A DNA stretch of 63,475 nt, counting the filler, from Choristocarpus tenellus KU-1152 (taxonomy: Eukaryota > Protista > Phaeophyceae): assembly GCA_964200185.2 (NCBI GenBank). It is 12 parts of 12 records of this genome, joined end to end, with 100 filler letters (N's around TTAATTAATTAA, not from the genome) between each part and the next. Parts side by side here need not be neighbours in the genome. Positions count along the whole stretch, not along the records: positions 21,251 to 25,022 come from CAXNAD020018010.1; positions 25,123 to 30,809 come from CAXNAD020010005.1; positions 30,910 to 34,527 come from CAXNAD020018928.1; positions 34,628 to 39,700 come from CAXNAD020011969.1; 8 more parts are not named here. One strand, written 5' to 3'. Each line of letters starts with the position of its first letter. Within the stretch, counting starts at the first letter, position 1. This document shows positions 22,600 through 36,456 of this stretch, in pieces. The notes under the pieces are model-generated. The model saw only the letters and a list, made by a program, of their open reading frames with translations, had not been told where the DNA came from and searched no databases. The position numbers were made by a program, and so were the translations under genes.

Positions 22600-24420
22600 C
22601 CATCCTCGTTGGGCCTTTTGACTGTCGAAGTACCCCATAAGTCCTGTACGAGCATCATCGCCATCTATAGACCTGTGGATTGGAGCTATAATTCTCGTGA
22701 AGGCAGGTTTTGGAGCGTGCTGTACCATCTCCTGCTCCACTCTCTTGGTGATTGATCATAGTTCGGGTAAGTTGTGCCAATCCCATGTCTATCGGCTAGG
22801 TCTCTTATCCACAAGCTCTGGTCTACCACAAGTGTCCCAGCCTTCCTCTTCCTCCTGATCCTGCAGTCCATGAACTTAGTCACCTTACACAGATTCGCCA
22901 TCAGGAACTTCTCGTTCAGAGGTTCAATGATACCCAACATCATAGCCTGACCCTGACTCCTCAATCATCAACATTTCATCCATATGGCCAATCATAATCA
23001 TCATAATCTCACCATCCACTATTAATCTGAATAAGCATGGTTCTGTCACAGGCGCCCCTCAAAGCTTACCTCCACAGGATGTATACCTCCAATCTACGGG
23101 CCTATAGATGATACTGATGTACGTATAGGACTCCTGATGCACAAGTCGTCAGGTATGCTGGATCTCTCACTTGAATTATCACCAATATCATCATATAAAA
23201 AGGAACTGATGCACGATGTCTTATCACAATCGGGGACCATAATGACCAAAAAATAAATAAATAATCAAGTAGTACAAATGTATCATATCTAGAACTTCAA
23301 TGTCATAAGGGTGTTTATGAAACCGCCATCAAGACATATCGCCTGTAACAGTTCTGCCTCATATTGTTCCAATCCTAGCTCGAACAAACACAGCACCCAC
23401 CAGAAAAAGTTCTACTTCCAAGACGTCTGGACTATCCCTTACAAGGTTTCCTCCAGAAAAATCCTACTGCTTCATCAGACTTTCCTTCCCCTCTTTAAGT
23501 TCCGCATAGAATGTCTCCTTAACGTCAGCCTGGTTGAAGGCCATCTTCCTATCGCTATAAATCAAGACGTAGCTCAGATTCGCTGCTGATGCAAGTAGCA
23601 TGTGAAGATAAGCATGAGTAGGCGTAGGTGTAAACGACTTGAAGTAATCCTTCCCCTTTCTCAGTCTAATTCCATGCACAACCAACCTGGCCTTGTACCG
23701 GTTTACTTCTCCATTTGCATCCACCTTCCTGGTGAACACCATCTTAGTTCCAAGAACCTTGAAGCCATCGGTGAGGTGAGGTACTTGAATCTCCACCCCC
23801 CTGCTATCCAAATCGTTGACTACCTCATTCACAGCTCTTTTCTACGAGGGTCACTCCTCCGACTCTATTTCCTCTCTCACAGTCCTGGTTTCAGGAGGAG
23901 AATTTTCGCTTTCCCTCAAATAAGCACGCCAACCAGCCTCTTCTCATACCTCTCTTGTCGCTCCAGTGGTTTGCCTGGCTCAGGGTGAGGATTATTGTTG
24001 TGATCTGCAAGTCTCAGCGTCAATGTATTCCTCCCACTCCCCTGTTGTGACTTCTGATCTACATCACCCAGCCCTGTATCCAATACAACGTCTGATCCCA
24101 TTGTCGCCACTGTGAACTCTTGATCAATCCCTGTTATCGCACGAAAAGAAATATCCACAGTATCATCTCCCCCTGACTCCTCCAATGGTCCGCCATCTGA
24201 TCCCACTTCTTCAAATATTAGATTCCATCCTCCCAAATCCAAAGCAAGCTCCTTGCTAACCACAACCCCATGATCAGTCGTGGTAGACACTGGATAAGTG
24301 TAACATTCCCACACGCAGTCCCTCCTATGGACTATTGATCTGAATTGAGAAGTAGGATCTACAGTGAATCGGAAGGATGGCTGGAGGAAAGTCCTATTAT
24401 CAACCATGGTTCAGCTCTAG
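22600..24420 (-). mobile_element. Decayed Ty1/copia pol (integrase tail and reverse transcriptase)
   Basis: VLGTKMVFTRKVDANGEVNRYKARLVVHG; EPCLFRL..IGHMDEMLMI (YVDD region); multiple stops. Confidence 0.85.
23080..23443. mobile_element. Probable solo LTR inserted in copia RT
   Basis: TGTA...TACA ends; flanks AGGA/AGGT; RT homology resumes on both sides. Confidence 0.5.
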
Positions 24421-24814
24421 ACCAACAGTATCCTAGAGGGGGTTCAGGCATCCATCTCGTGGCGGTGTGAACCTTTAGTGATTTTCATGTCATCTGATTG
24501 AGCGTGTCAGACGCAAGGTCAATTTCCTTCATTTGAACGCAACTTACATTTCCATCCCCATGACTCAACCAAAACCGAAGGAAAATCACTTGCACTAGAA
24601 GTATTAAACTGGGGTATTTTACATCTCCCCATCAAGCCCTGAATGGACAACCTGGTCTAAACACCCACACTCTCGAAGATAAAATACCAGCTGGCAGTGG
24701 ATGCAACTGGGTATAACTGTGCCACTTTTGGACAGGTACGGTAATGCGGCAAATGTGGAGAACGTACGCGTTGGGTGTGTGAGGACAGATGAGGGGACAG
24801 AGATTGAAAATGCT

Positions 24815-25022
24815 GAGTGAAAGTATCTTAGAGGGTACGATTTTTGGCCTGTTTGTTCGTTTAGGGCTTGGCTTCCCATTTTTCTTTTTACATTTTCCTA
24901 CTCCAAAATGTTTCGGAGCGGGTAAAATGTGTACGTTATGAAAAGGTGCGTCTGGAACAAGGATATTAACACTCCCTAACAAACACGACAGCCAAAATTA
25001 CACCAAAATCGCAACATTGGAT
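24815..25022 (+). mobile_element. MITE family A, truncated by contig end
   Basis: Left TIR and body intact up to the spacer. Confidence 0.88.
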
Positions 25023-25245
25023 NNNNNNNNNNNNNNNNNNNNNNNNNNNNNNNNNNNNNNNNNNNNTTAATTAATTAANNNNNNNNNNNNNNNNNNNNNN
25101 NNNNNNNNNNNNNNNNNNNNNNACACATAGTCAGCTTAACATTTCCATGTCTCCTTGCCCCCCTCCCTCCCCCCCATCCTATGGCTATGCTTTTTTCATG
25201 TCCATTTGCGTTTCCCCATGGGTATGATGGACTTTCCCTCTCCAG

Positions 25246-28200
25246 GCATTGTTCTCTGGGGCGTGTTTTTGGCTATGCTCTTGGTGCGGATAATGCAGAC
25301 AACATACCCATGACTTTCTATCCTTCCATGCCTGGAAACAGCACCCTTAAGCCTTTGGAGAAGGTGTGCTCAACAGACTGGAGGAAGTTGCAGAGGATAC
25401 AGTAGTAGCGCTTGGACAAACATATTATTTGTCAAAGATGTGTCCTGTAGTGTATATCAAACCAGAATTGGACCACAGCCCTTCAACCCTTTTTGTCGAC
25501 CTTGTCTGGTGCGCTCTGTCTTCTTGGTCATACACATTTCACTCAATAATTGATAACTCTTCCCAGTGCTTGAGTATGTGTGCTCGGCTTATTGAGGTTT
25601 GTTTGCCTCTATGAAGTGCTCTGAATGCATTTACAGAATACTTGGACTACTTTATTTCTGGCAATGTTCAAGCAGTTACACCACTAGTTACAGGTACTAT
25701 CTTGTAGATCAATCTTGTCACCTTGTGTCCTCCATGCTGCAATTTCACTCCTGAATCTGACTAGCGATACATTACTCTTGTGGACCGTTCTGACTGGAAT
25801 ATTTTCAGGTGAGACTTCAAGGAAACCTCATGGCACAGAAGCCAAGTGGATCATCAGCGATGGGCTTGCATGAGGTGTCCTTTTTTGATAACGCCTGCGA
25901 GGTAAGTTTGGGGTGGTGTGGTGATCATCAACAAATGCCAGTTGGAGTCTGCTTGCAGTCACTTGATTTTAGGTTGTACCCATGCTGCGGTTCAAACCTG
26001 TTTTAACATTGCGTAAGGATCTTCCTTGGACAGTACAAATATGGCAGTCCCATGTGTATGGTGTTGAAATTGTTATTCTGAAATTATAATTTCCGCTTCA
26101 CTCAAGCTCTAGAGACCTAATGGCTTTATGGGGTCAACTTGTCAACATGGATTGCTCTTTGATTTTATCTTAATCTCTCTTTCCACCTGACTAAGCTGAG
26201 GGCATTTCTACCTAGATTGTTTTAATTGAAACATTGGTAGCTTTTGTTGTTGTGATGCAGCCCCATGTTGGAAGAGGTCTTGACTGCTGTTAGCATCTAT
26301 GCAATTTGCTGTAGGTCCCAGAAGGTTTCATATTTCATTTGGAGATGCGATCCCATTTGGTACCACTGCAATCATTCAAGAAGAAAAAAATTGATGTGCT
26401 GGATGCATTCCTATTGTTGAAATGATCTCTTGACTTTTGTAGTCTGCCTTGTGGGGTTGTCCATTGAATATGTTAGGGCTGCTGGTCCTGATGCAATGTT
26501 GGTTATAAATTGGATGGAACATGTATTCACTTGGTTTTGCCATATGCTTACCTACCAATAGTAGCAAACTTTCCATTTGTTATGGAGTAGAGCCATGCTT
26601 GCTACTCTGTAACCTTCCTGATGTCACCATTAATCCAGTTCAAGGATTGGCTCCCCTTTTTTGTATTCCATCATCATTTCCTTTTGATGTGCACATCAAC
26701 AGAGTGGATGACAGAACTCCCTACTGGTTTTAATTAGGTAGCATGTAATGTCCGAACTCTATCATGGGCACTGGCAGAACTGGGAGTTTCCAAGATAGAT
26801 CTACTCAAGATTGATGTGGAGGGAGCAGAGTTGGTGAGCTGAAACGAATCGGAGCTTGTTTGTATCTAGTAGCTTGTGGGGTAGTAGGCTTCAAAGCTGC
26901 CCCTTTGTGGCCAAGGATCAACTCAAGTTAATCAAATTCACTTTGGGCCTGCAGGTGTCCGACAGGGTCCTCACATCCTTGGTATTATTTTCAAGTTGTG
27001 GCATTAATAGTGCAGTATAGGAGCTGTACTGAGTAGCACTAATATATTATTATTGTACTGTGCTTTGTTTCTACAGGTACTATGGGTCGAGAATAAGAGC
27101 TATAATAATTGCACAATTGCTTTGCCGTCTTTTGTCCATACTTCTCCCCCTACTGGAGCTATCTCTATAGCAGTATTAATTGACCTCAAATAATATTTTG
27201 TTTTTATAGTATATGCAAGTAGTACTTGGAGTACTTGGGACTATATTGAACTTGTAGTTACCTTCAGCGGATGGTGGTTCCGCAGGGTAGATCAACAAAG
27301 CCTTGTAGTACAGTCAAGCTTTGGAGCAATTCTTTCCTAGAACAGGATGATGTTGAGTGTAAATGGCGCCTGTGGCTGCTTTTTGGAACATGTGCTCCCA
27401 GCAATTGGAGAGCATTTCGCCCTTGAGTGGATGAATGTCTGTCCCCTTCTACAGTCACGGGTTCATGGGGGTTACCCATATTTCGGGCATGGAATGGGGA
27501 TGTAAGGCATCGCGTTCATAAGCCCCTTATGCACAAAGGGCCACTCTTTAGGATACCATACATCTTCACGTTTTTGTAATGTCTAGTCATGACCAAATTT
27601 GCAGTGACAAACTGCCACTCCTTGAGCTTATTGTGGACACGTGTAAACACGGTTTTCTGTACATGATTGGCATGCTTGACGTGAAGGATGTTCTGCTTGG
27701 GGTGGGGGAGGAAGATTGGTGTAAGATTCGGCAAGTGGTGCTCGAGGTACATCCTGTGGGTGACAGGTTACGCATGATTTGTGAGCTGTTGCATGGGCAG
27801 GGCTTCACAGTTTGGAATCAGGTGAAAAGATGGACAATTAATTGCAGTGCAGAGACTATATTTTATTTGACATTTGATCATCAAGACCTCTGTTCAATTG
27901 TGACCAGTGGGAGCCATGCCCAGAATGTTAGTGTTTGGAGTATGTACATCATGACATGGCATCTCTAGCACTGAGCTTCCGTGGACCTTGCCTTACCTGT
28001 TGCATGTACAGTATATGCCAGTTGTGTACAGTTGATACTCTACTGTTGCGTTTCTTTTTTATGGTCCCATATGGCACCTGTGCTGCTGCAGAATCAATAA
28101 GAATCAATGTGTTTAGTGCGTAAGTGGTTGAAAGACTGCTTGGCTCACTAATATTTTCGTTTTATTTTTACGCTCTATCCTATCGCTCATTTCAAAGCTT

Positions 28201-28434
28201 TGTGCAGTTGTTGTTATTTGATTTTGACCTCACTCCCCTGCCGTGCACTCTCAGGCGTTCTCACTTGATGGCTACCCCCTGGAGAGAGACCCAATCGCTG
28301 GCATCACCGAGGGGACTGGTTGTGTAGTGACAGGGGGGGAAGGAGTCAAAACCTCAGACAGCATCATCACAAGTAGCAGTTCAGAGAAGATCTTACCTGG
28401 TCTTATGTTCATGGTTTACGCTAGGCGGCTTTAG
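25246..28434 (+). CDS. FkbM-family SAM methyltransferase, 3' part (exons 25246-25363, 25809-25901, 26738-26833, 27687-27821, 28255-28434)
   Basis: Spliced: ALGADNADNIPMTFYPSMPGNST...VRTLSWALAELGVSKIDLLKIDVEGAEL|DVLLGVGEEDWCKIRQVVLEVH...MVYARRL*; all junctions GT-AG, phase 0, in frame. Confidence 0.88.
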
Positions 28435-28637
28435 AAGCAGGTTCCAAGTATTGATTTAGATGAGACTGTGATAGAGCTCTTCCATATTATACTGTGCCAT
28501 GGTATTACATGAAGATCTTGCTTGACCTATCACCTGTGGACAGAAGGTCCCCATATGTAAACATGATGCAACTATGCACACCCATTGTTAATCTGTACTT
28601 ACAGTCAGTATACGCTATGTTCCAGTATAGACGGATA

Positions 28638-28896
28638 GAGTGAAAGTATCTTAGAGGGTACGAGTTTTGCCCTGTTTGTCCATTTGGGGCTTGGCATCCC
28701 ATGGGGTTTCCAATGACATTTTTCTACTCCAAAGTGTTTCGGAGTAGGTAAAACGTGTACGTTATGAGAAGGTGTGTCCGGAACAAGGATATTGACACTT
28801 CCTATCAAATAAGATAGACAAAATTACATCAAAATCGCAACATTGGATTTTGGTCCCCACATGGACGCGGCCCTACCCTCTAAGATACTTTGGCTC
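28638..28896 (+). mobile_element. MITE family A, full copy
   Basis: Both TIRs; only a 3-bp flank match (ATA). Confidence 0.88.
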
Positions 28897-30744
28897 ATAC
28901 GTTTGTAGATAGTATGCAAAGTATCAAGTAATATGGCACATATTATTGTGTCGATCTATTTTTTTATCCTCTCTATTCTCAACTATCTTTGAGGCACTTA
29001 TCTAGAGGACCTTTATAATAGAATATTCGCTGTACATGCTTTTTTGACTGGCCAGGAACCGAACCATGTTTCAAGGCGCACAAGAATAACTAGGTTTGAC
29101 TAGTAAACTCTATTAGATATACACTGTCCGCATTACAACAAGAAAATATTGTACTCAAGAGCATTACTATTGGATAGTATTGTTTTCCCTTTAAGTCAGC
29201 TTTGTTTGTGTGTGCAACTCTGCATTTGTGGGTATATAACAAAGGTGCAGCATGAAAGCATGCATCATCATATCAAATTCTCCAGAGTGTCATACTATTT
29301 TCTTACCTGCTGTAAGAGGAGATGGATTATTTGCTCCTTCGGGTCTTAGATCATTCGCTCTTTCCAAGCAGAGCTCTTTTTAGGGAATTGTACAACCTTT
29401 CTCTCTAGTTACAATGGAGTAGTGGTAATGGTGGCGGTACCCAGAAGGCCTTGAACCAGATCGTTTGAAGGAAAGATGTTCCTAGAGCAAGTACTGATCT
29501 CTTAAGCAAGGTGCAGTATAAGATATGCAAATACCTACAGTTGAGAATGAGCTGAGAGGGGAAAGTGCCCTTAGAGTCTTGGGGGGTGAAACAACTTACT
29601 CCAGGGTGTATGTGGGACATACGATGTGTTGAAGAAAAATGGAAGAGGGAACCGTGACAGCCTGGTTAACATCGACGTGATATTCCGTAGGTAGATGTAT
29701 GAGTAGAATCATTTTATTAACACCTATGGGGAGGGTATTATTGCTTGAGTTGGTTGTTACTGCTTAGTGTTTCTCTGTCCTTAATATGATGGGAGCGAAA
29801 GTGGGAGATCAGAGATGACTCAGTTGTGCAACAGGTTGTACTTGAGAGTAGCAGTGGCTCTTGGATTATTTATGTGAACGTCAACCGCACAAGACATATC
29901 CAATACCGACAAGATTACACAAAACTTTACCTCACCAACGCTAGTACAGAAAAACAAATGGCAATTGCCTTCATCTAAACATAATAAAGAGTACATGTAT
30001 GCATTTAGCACTCTTGCATCACACCCACGTCAGCTCTGCGAACGTTTCACCTCAGTAATGTCGCAATACAAACAATAGTGACTCGACGTTATCCTCTTTA
30101 TTGTTCCTAATTTGCAATTCTTCTTTTGAGTCTTGGTTATTGATCGTTAACGAGCACCTAGATTCCATGCGTTTTGAGTATGGAGCGCGCCCACGAAACG
30201 ACATGGTGTTAGGCGCCAGAAGCGATTTCCAATCGTCTTGAAACCTTAACTGTCCCTCATTTTTTTGTATTACGTCATCAATCAGTAATCGCAACAAACG
30301 CCATGCGGCTACACGGTGTTGATCTTGACTCTCTCCCAATCATGAGTATCCTGGGTGCATGGATCGTGTGACTATACACTACTAGTAGTGGAGTGAAACC
30401 AGAGAGAGTAAACAAATACCACAAAATGCCATACCTAAGATTTGAGTTGGTGTCGTTTCAACTGGCTACCTATCTTTTCTATCATGACCGTCAGCCATTT
30501 CTTGATGTAAATTCAATTCACTACTTTGGGAGTATATAGAGAAAATGCATTTGATTTTCAACAGATAGATGATTGTTGAAATGAGAATGTTTTACTTTCT
30601 TCATTTATCAGTATTGGAGAATAATCAAACCTCAACCCACCATCATGTCCAAATACACCATGTACATGTATGTGTCTGTTTTACCAATCAATGAGGTGTG
30701 TTATGAAGGTAAGAGAGTGGTAGGTCTTTTTATTATTATGCCTT

Positions 30745-30809
30745 TGTGAAACAGGTGGAAACCGCCGACAGGTTCTTCGTAATGAAGGGGAGCGGGAAGA
30801 CCCACAGGG
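30745..30809 (+). repeat. Dispersed repeat, third copy of the sequence forming the 61338-62140 inverted repeat
   Basis: gacaggttc.tcgtaatgaaggggagcgggaagacccacagg shared; cut by contig end. Confidence 0.85.
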
Positions 30810-30909
30810 NNNNNNNNNNNNNNNNNNNNNNNNNNNNNNNNNNNNNNNNNNNNTTAATTAATTAANNNNNNNNNNNNNNNNNNNNNNNNNNNNNNNNNNN
30901 NNNNNNNNN

Positions 30910-30983
30910 ATTACATCAAAATCACAACATTGTATTTTGATCCCCAAATGGACGCGGCTCTACCCTCTAAGATACTTTGGGTC
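30910..30983 (+). mobile_element. MITE family A, right-end fragment at contig start
   Basis: ggacgcggctctaccctctaagatactttgggtc. Confidence 0.85.
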
Positions 30984-31097
30984 GTTGTTGTTGTCCAAGG
31001 CGGCTACTCGTTCAAATCGTGGAAGATTGTTGCTAACGAGATTCAATACCAAGAGAGACGATATCTCTTCTAGGAGTGTGAATGGTGAAGGAAGAAG

Positions 31098-31202
31098 TTC
31101 CACTCAATACACAATACTCTTGCCTCCATCATAAGTGCTAGATTGAGGATTCCACTCAATACACAACACTCTTGCCTCCATTATAAGAGTTAGATTAAGG
31201 AT
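31098..31202 (+). repeat. Tandem duplication of ~51 bp
   Basis: ttccactcaatacacaa.actcttgcctccat.ataag...tagatt.agga twice. Confidence 0.8.
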
Positions 31203-32088
31203 AGAATGCAATGAGGCTAGAGCTTTTGTGAGGAATATTTTCAGGGTGGGAGTGTTGAGGTGGAAGCAGTGGTTTTAACACACCTCATCATTCAGCTGGT
31301 TTAGATCAAGCCGTGTCTTCATCAATAATTTTGTTCCCAACAAATCCTGCAACTTTTGTTGGCAGACGCCGGCCACAGTACTGAGGACCAGGTTAGCTCT
31401 CAGACCCCCAGGTCCCTATCGAGTCACGAAACATTTTGAAGGATGTGGACAGCACGGAACAGGGCTTGGAGTCAAAAGCAATACGATTAAAAGGTGCTGA
31501 CCAGAGGTTGATGCTTTGAGGGCTGGAAATTACAGAGGCAACGGCTATAGAAGGAACTAAGGAGAGGATGGAAAGGTCATGGGTGTGAGGAAAAAATTGA
31601 CTTTAAACTTGGGACAGATCAATTAAAGCAAATAGCACCATTGATGAGCCAATTTGCAAGGGATATCTGTACCCTTACCCCATCCTTGATCAAGGATTTA
31701 CCCTACACCTCCAAGTCCTCTGTTCATTATTCTGGAACCCTTACCTCACTGTGGCACTAGCCTAAACTCCACCGCACAAGTGTCCTTGGCACCTCATGCA
31801 CCAACTCCAAATTGATCTTGATGCCTTCCTGAGCTCTGGTCTGAAAAAGTCCCCTGCCACGGTTCTACTTTGTTTTCGGCAGACATGAAATACTACACTA
31901 CTCCAAACTCTATGGTCTCTGCTCCATGACTCACAAGTGCGGCAGAGAGCTTAAGCAAGTGCTGAGGGGCAACTGCAATGATGATGAGTCGCACTGCTCG
32001 CCGAAGCAACTGGATATCCTCATACACTCTCAAGCCGAGGGCCTGAACAGTTTCGTCACAGGGAGAGTTCAGTGAACTGGTAGGGGTG

Positions 32089-32346
32089 GAGTCAAAGTAT
32101 CTTAGAGGGTAGAGCTGCGTCCATTAGGGGGCCAAAAGCCAATGTTGCAATTTGATGAAATTTTCGCTATCATGTTTGATAGGAAATGTCAATATGCTTG
32201 TTCCGGACACACCTTATCATAACATACATATTTTGCCTACTCCGAAACATTTTGTAGTAGGTAAAATGTCATTAGAAACCTGTGAGAAGCCAAGCCCCAA
32301 TTGGACAATCAAGTAAAAACTCATACCCTCTAAGATACTTTTACAC
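32089..32346 (-). mobile_element. MITE family A, full copy
   Basis: Both TIRs; TSD GGTG. Confidence 0.88.
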
Positions 32347-33357
32347 GGTGGTTTTATGGAGGAAGGGAGGGATAGACTCTTTAAACATGTAAATCGAAGG
32401 CTCATCATGTACGATGAACAGCTTCCAAATGGTTGATGGAATTGGTAGAGTTAAGTGTAGGAGATCGAAGTCCTGGAGATCTTGGAGGGTGTGGAGTAGA
32501 GCTAGGGAAAGAAAGAGAAGAGTCTAGGTGATAGTGGACCTAGAAGAAAGGGTAAGAGCAGCAGCACCAGTGCAGGAAACACATAGACAAGTAAAAATAT
32601 CTCCAAAATATCGTGATATTAAGACTCAAGCCTTATAATAAGAGCTTTGGTACCATGCATCTACTGATCACTGCAGACTCTGAAGACCTAGATCGTGCAA
32701 TGTGTGCTGCTTTTGAGTTGAAGCGAAGGGCAGGGATATGTGTAGAATTTGGCATAGGTAAGGTTGATGTGCCTTGTACCAATGATTCTGAATTATGTTG
32801 CTTCATATTTGATTGAATCGAAATCGTTTTGCATGGCTTAAGCAGATACCTGTGACTAGTGTAAATTATTGGTGTGGGCCTTACACTATACATATTTTGA
32901 ACTTTGGCTACGAATCCTAGACTATATAGATCTAGGAATAGAGTTTGCCTTGGAGGGTTCTATCCTCCTGGTCATGCTGCCGAAGAGCTCATAAACGAAA
33001 CAACCAAACAATGACAAGGAAGAAACACAGTTTTATTCGCAACGTTTTTTACTGGGCAAAATTCTTGTAACAGTTGCGTGGCAGGTCTGAATGAGAAATG
33101 TTACCCCAAATATTACCAAGACTCTTGGACAGTAGTACACTTCAACCATATACTAAGATTCTACTGTACTGCTTAAGATCGTTTGGATTAAAATGACATG
33201 ATCAAAACATTGGTGGACTCATGTAGTGGGAGTTCAAGAAGGCACCAAGAGTGTAAGGACTGGGGCAGGATAGTGGTCTGGACTTGCTATACAACCAACC
33301 GCATGCTTGGTACTCCAGTATACACGCACATGAATATGCGCACAGGCCAGAACACAC

Positions 33358-33851
33358 CTTGAAGTGTTGAAGTTTGGACTGCTCTCGTCCCGAGATTGCA
33401 ATCCTAGCGGGGTGCCACCCATGATCTAGAAGAGTCTGTGTTATTGCTGACCTTTTAGAGGGAGTCCGGGGACATAGAGTTATTTTTGGGGTGTGCGATA
33501 CTTCAGTTCTGCAGGGTGTCAGATTTGATGTTTAGCAGAATATTGGCATAACACAGGAAATCTATATTCGTCAGCTTTATCACTTTGAAAATTGCGCATT
33601 AAAGGAAGAGAAGCGGTGCAATTTCAATCTTTCCTATCAAGTGCACACCATATATATATCCCACGCCCATGCACTTGTACATTACATGCAAAATTATGCT
33701 GATTGGTAGACAAAAAAGACCAAAACATATTGGTTAGAGTATCCATGTATATGTATATCCCACCTCCACCCCCACACATTCTCACCCCAGCTGCCCAGCG
33801 GCACCTACAATGCCGACCACCGGTGTGGCAGATAGATACTTTGCCATCTTC
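33358..33851 (-). CDS. NAD(P)-binding Rossmann protein, NOXRED1/pyrroline-5-carboxylate-reductase-like, partial (exons 33851-33786, 33451-33358)
   Basis: Spliced in phase 2: KMAKYLSATPVVGIVGAAGQLG|SAITQTLLDHGWHPARIAISGREQSKLQHFK. Confidence 0.6.
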
Positions 33852-34627
33852 CTGCTAAGTGTCATTTCTTGAAAAAAAAGTGGAATCATGCCTGCAACGA
33901 ATAAGCACTGTGAACACAAGATGCGCTTCTCATATACAGAAACAAAGGAGAAGGGGGATACAGGGCAGAGAGGGGTGAGGGGTGAGAGGAGAGGAAAGGA
34001 GAGGAGAGGAGAGGGGAGTGGAGAAGGGAGAAGGGGTGTGGGCAGACTGTAGACAACAATCAGCACCAAGGAATAAAATAGCAGCTTTGTAAATCAGGAG
34101 TCCTTTTCAGGCAATGGCCTGACTAAAAATGGACAAAGTGTCTAGACCACGCTCAAGGAAAAGTAAAGTCGCGTTGGTTGGCAAGTCTGAATGATTATAT
34201 AGATTGCAACTGTCGATTTTTTATCGTTGACTGCACAAGTTTATTGCCTTTTATACCTCACTGATTTCCTCTACATTGACATTTCGTCCAGTTGATCAAC
34301 CTGGCCACTGTTTAATGTTTCCAATACCGGAAGGAACGTCCCATGCACTCCTTTGCATTAACTGTTCCAGTACTATGGTTGAGCTCCAGCAATTCTTAGT
34401 CACACCTGGGCCTCTTTGCGAGCAAGGTAGCTCTCCTCCACTTTTGGAACCAGTGAAAGGGAAGCCCTGAGATCAACATTCCTGAGGATGAAGTCTGGGT
34501 CACGAATATCCTTTGGGGGGGTGGGTGNNNNNNNNNNNNNNNNNNNNNNNNNNNNNNNNNNNNNNNNNNNNTTAATTAATTAANNNNNNNNNNNNNNNNN
34601 NNNNNNNNNNNNNNNNNNNNNNNNNNN

Positions 34628-34748
34628 TGCACACTTTACCTACTCCTAACATTTTGGAGTAGGAAAATGTCACTAAAGAACTCATGAGAAGCCAAGCTCC
34701 AAATGGACAAACAAGGCAAAACTCGTACCCTCTAAGATACTTTCACTC
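34628..34748 (-). mobile_element. MITE family A fragment at contig start
   Basis: Ends taccctctaagatactttcactc. Confidence 0.85.
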
Positions 34749-36244
34749 ATCTACGTGTTGTCATTCACCATTCATACATCGCTCAATGACATATACTATT
34801 ACGCCCTCTAATATTTTGCATACATGTCAAGGAAAACCCAAAGCTACATTATAAGGACTACTGTAAATGCAGCAATAGTAGCTATCATCAATGCGAAGAC
34901 ACCTCCCTTTGACCATATTTACTCTTTGACGCTGGGAGTGATTGGCTGCTCTCCGAATGATCCTTCCCTTTGAAGAACCATGACTCTTCGCAAGGATCTT
35001 CTTGAAGATAACATCAAACAGCACGACTGTGTATGGTACAGCAATATATATATATACGGCATGGAAACAAACAAAACATATATATACTTCATATTTTGTA
35101 TGATTACGTTGTGTGACATTTTACATGTGTGTCGGGGAAAAACCATGTTGCAAGGATAATTCATACTAAGTGCAACAGGTTTTGTCAACGTTCAGACATC
35201 CCCCTAAAATATTTACTAATTTCAAGTATTTGAAGTCCCTGTCTACTATAAACGCGCTGCTAACTTCCATGGTGCAAGAGACACCCATTCGCCTACAGAG
35301 TTAGCCTATGGGTTTTCACCGCAGGCATGTCTTGCTGGCACACTTGTCCTATAACCCTAGGGCAGGTTGGGGTATGTTGGGTGTCAACATTGTGCCTCCT
35401 GCACCCGACCACTGGGCATCTTTTGGATGAGGTCTCCTCCCTCCCGAGAGATCTGGTAGAGGAGAATCTAAACTCCACAGGAGGAATCCTGGTGTGGTGT
35501 TTCTAAGGGTTGTGTGGAGGCGCATGTATTGACCCGTTGGCCTCAATGGCTCCAGTGGCGGACTAGAGCTAATAAATAAGTTTCCCTCCCTTGTTCCTTT
35601 GCGTCATCCAGAAAGGTGTTGAATCGGATCCTGTTCAGAAGACGGGTGATTTTATACTGTGCTCTCCTTGTAATCCTCCCACCTTGGGGTATCATAGTGT
35701 GAATATTATGCTATATCCTATTTGCTTCCTGAGCATCCTCTCGTCAAACTCAACATCAATGTTCTACCTCCTTGATCACCTTCTCCACTTCATCTCTAAC
35801 TTAACTTCACCTCCGTGCTCATTTCACCCAGCATGCAAATAGTGACCTACACAACATCCACTGGCAGATTGTTAAGGGCTTACCTCTAGCCTGTGTATCA
35901 TTTTTGTACCTAGTTCAGTTCGATACAGCAGTGGTGTGTCACATTTGCTCTCCTGAAGTGAGCGGAAGAACTCTCCTGGTCCGTAATCCTAGGACCTTTC
36001 CAAACTGCTACTCTGGATGCAGTTAGGTAGATCTAGCCTCTGGACTCCCACAGATCTGGGGGGGTGGATGTTAGCAATAGATCCGTAGAATAGAGCGCAA
36101 CCCCCTCGCTGCATACTGTTGCGTTTCCAACTTGGGTGAGCAGGACGAGAAAGACACATTTCCTCTCAGCCTCCTTTGTTCTTCCTGAATGGAGGGCGCG
36201 GGAGTTGTAGGGGATGTCAAACACGCCCTATTGGTTGGAGCTAC

Positions 36245-36456
36245 CTATTCCAGTGCTCAGAACGACCGCAGGAGGCGAGTAGTGTGTGGTAGCTGCGATT
36301 GGTTGGTTGCCGTCCCAACTCAACTCGGTTGAATATGCTGGCTCCATTCGCTCTTGTAGCGCGTGGATTAAACAACTCGCAATACTCTAGAACGGCCCCA
36401 ATGTGCGATTTGTACTCTGGAGAGGATTTCAGGAGGTGCCTCACGGTGTTGGGCAC
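36245..36456 (-). CDS. Possible PPR-like exon
   Basis: GRQPTNRSYHTLLASCGRSEHWNR resembles a PPR helix (xYNTLIxACxRxGxW); flanking exons not resolved. Confidence 0.35.

Noticed and set aside
29300-30340. Possible small secreted-protein gene (MKAIAICFSVLAL exon near 29972-29934)
   Set aside because: Could not assemble a consistent spliced ORF
31200-32080. Possible LINE-derived fragment (similarly 17100-18200)
   Set aside because: Coding-like composition but no motif I can name with confidence
33786-33851. VGIVGAAGQLG as PurK/ADE2
   Set aside because: The next exon (SAITQTLL..IAISGRE) fits a P5CR/NOXRED1-type Rossmann fold, not GGGQLGRM
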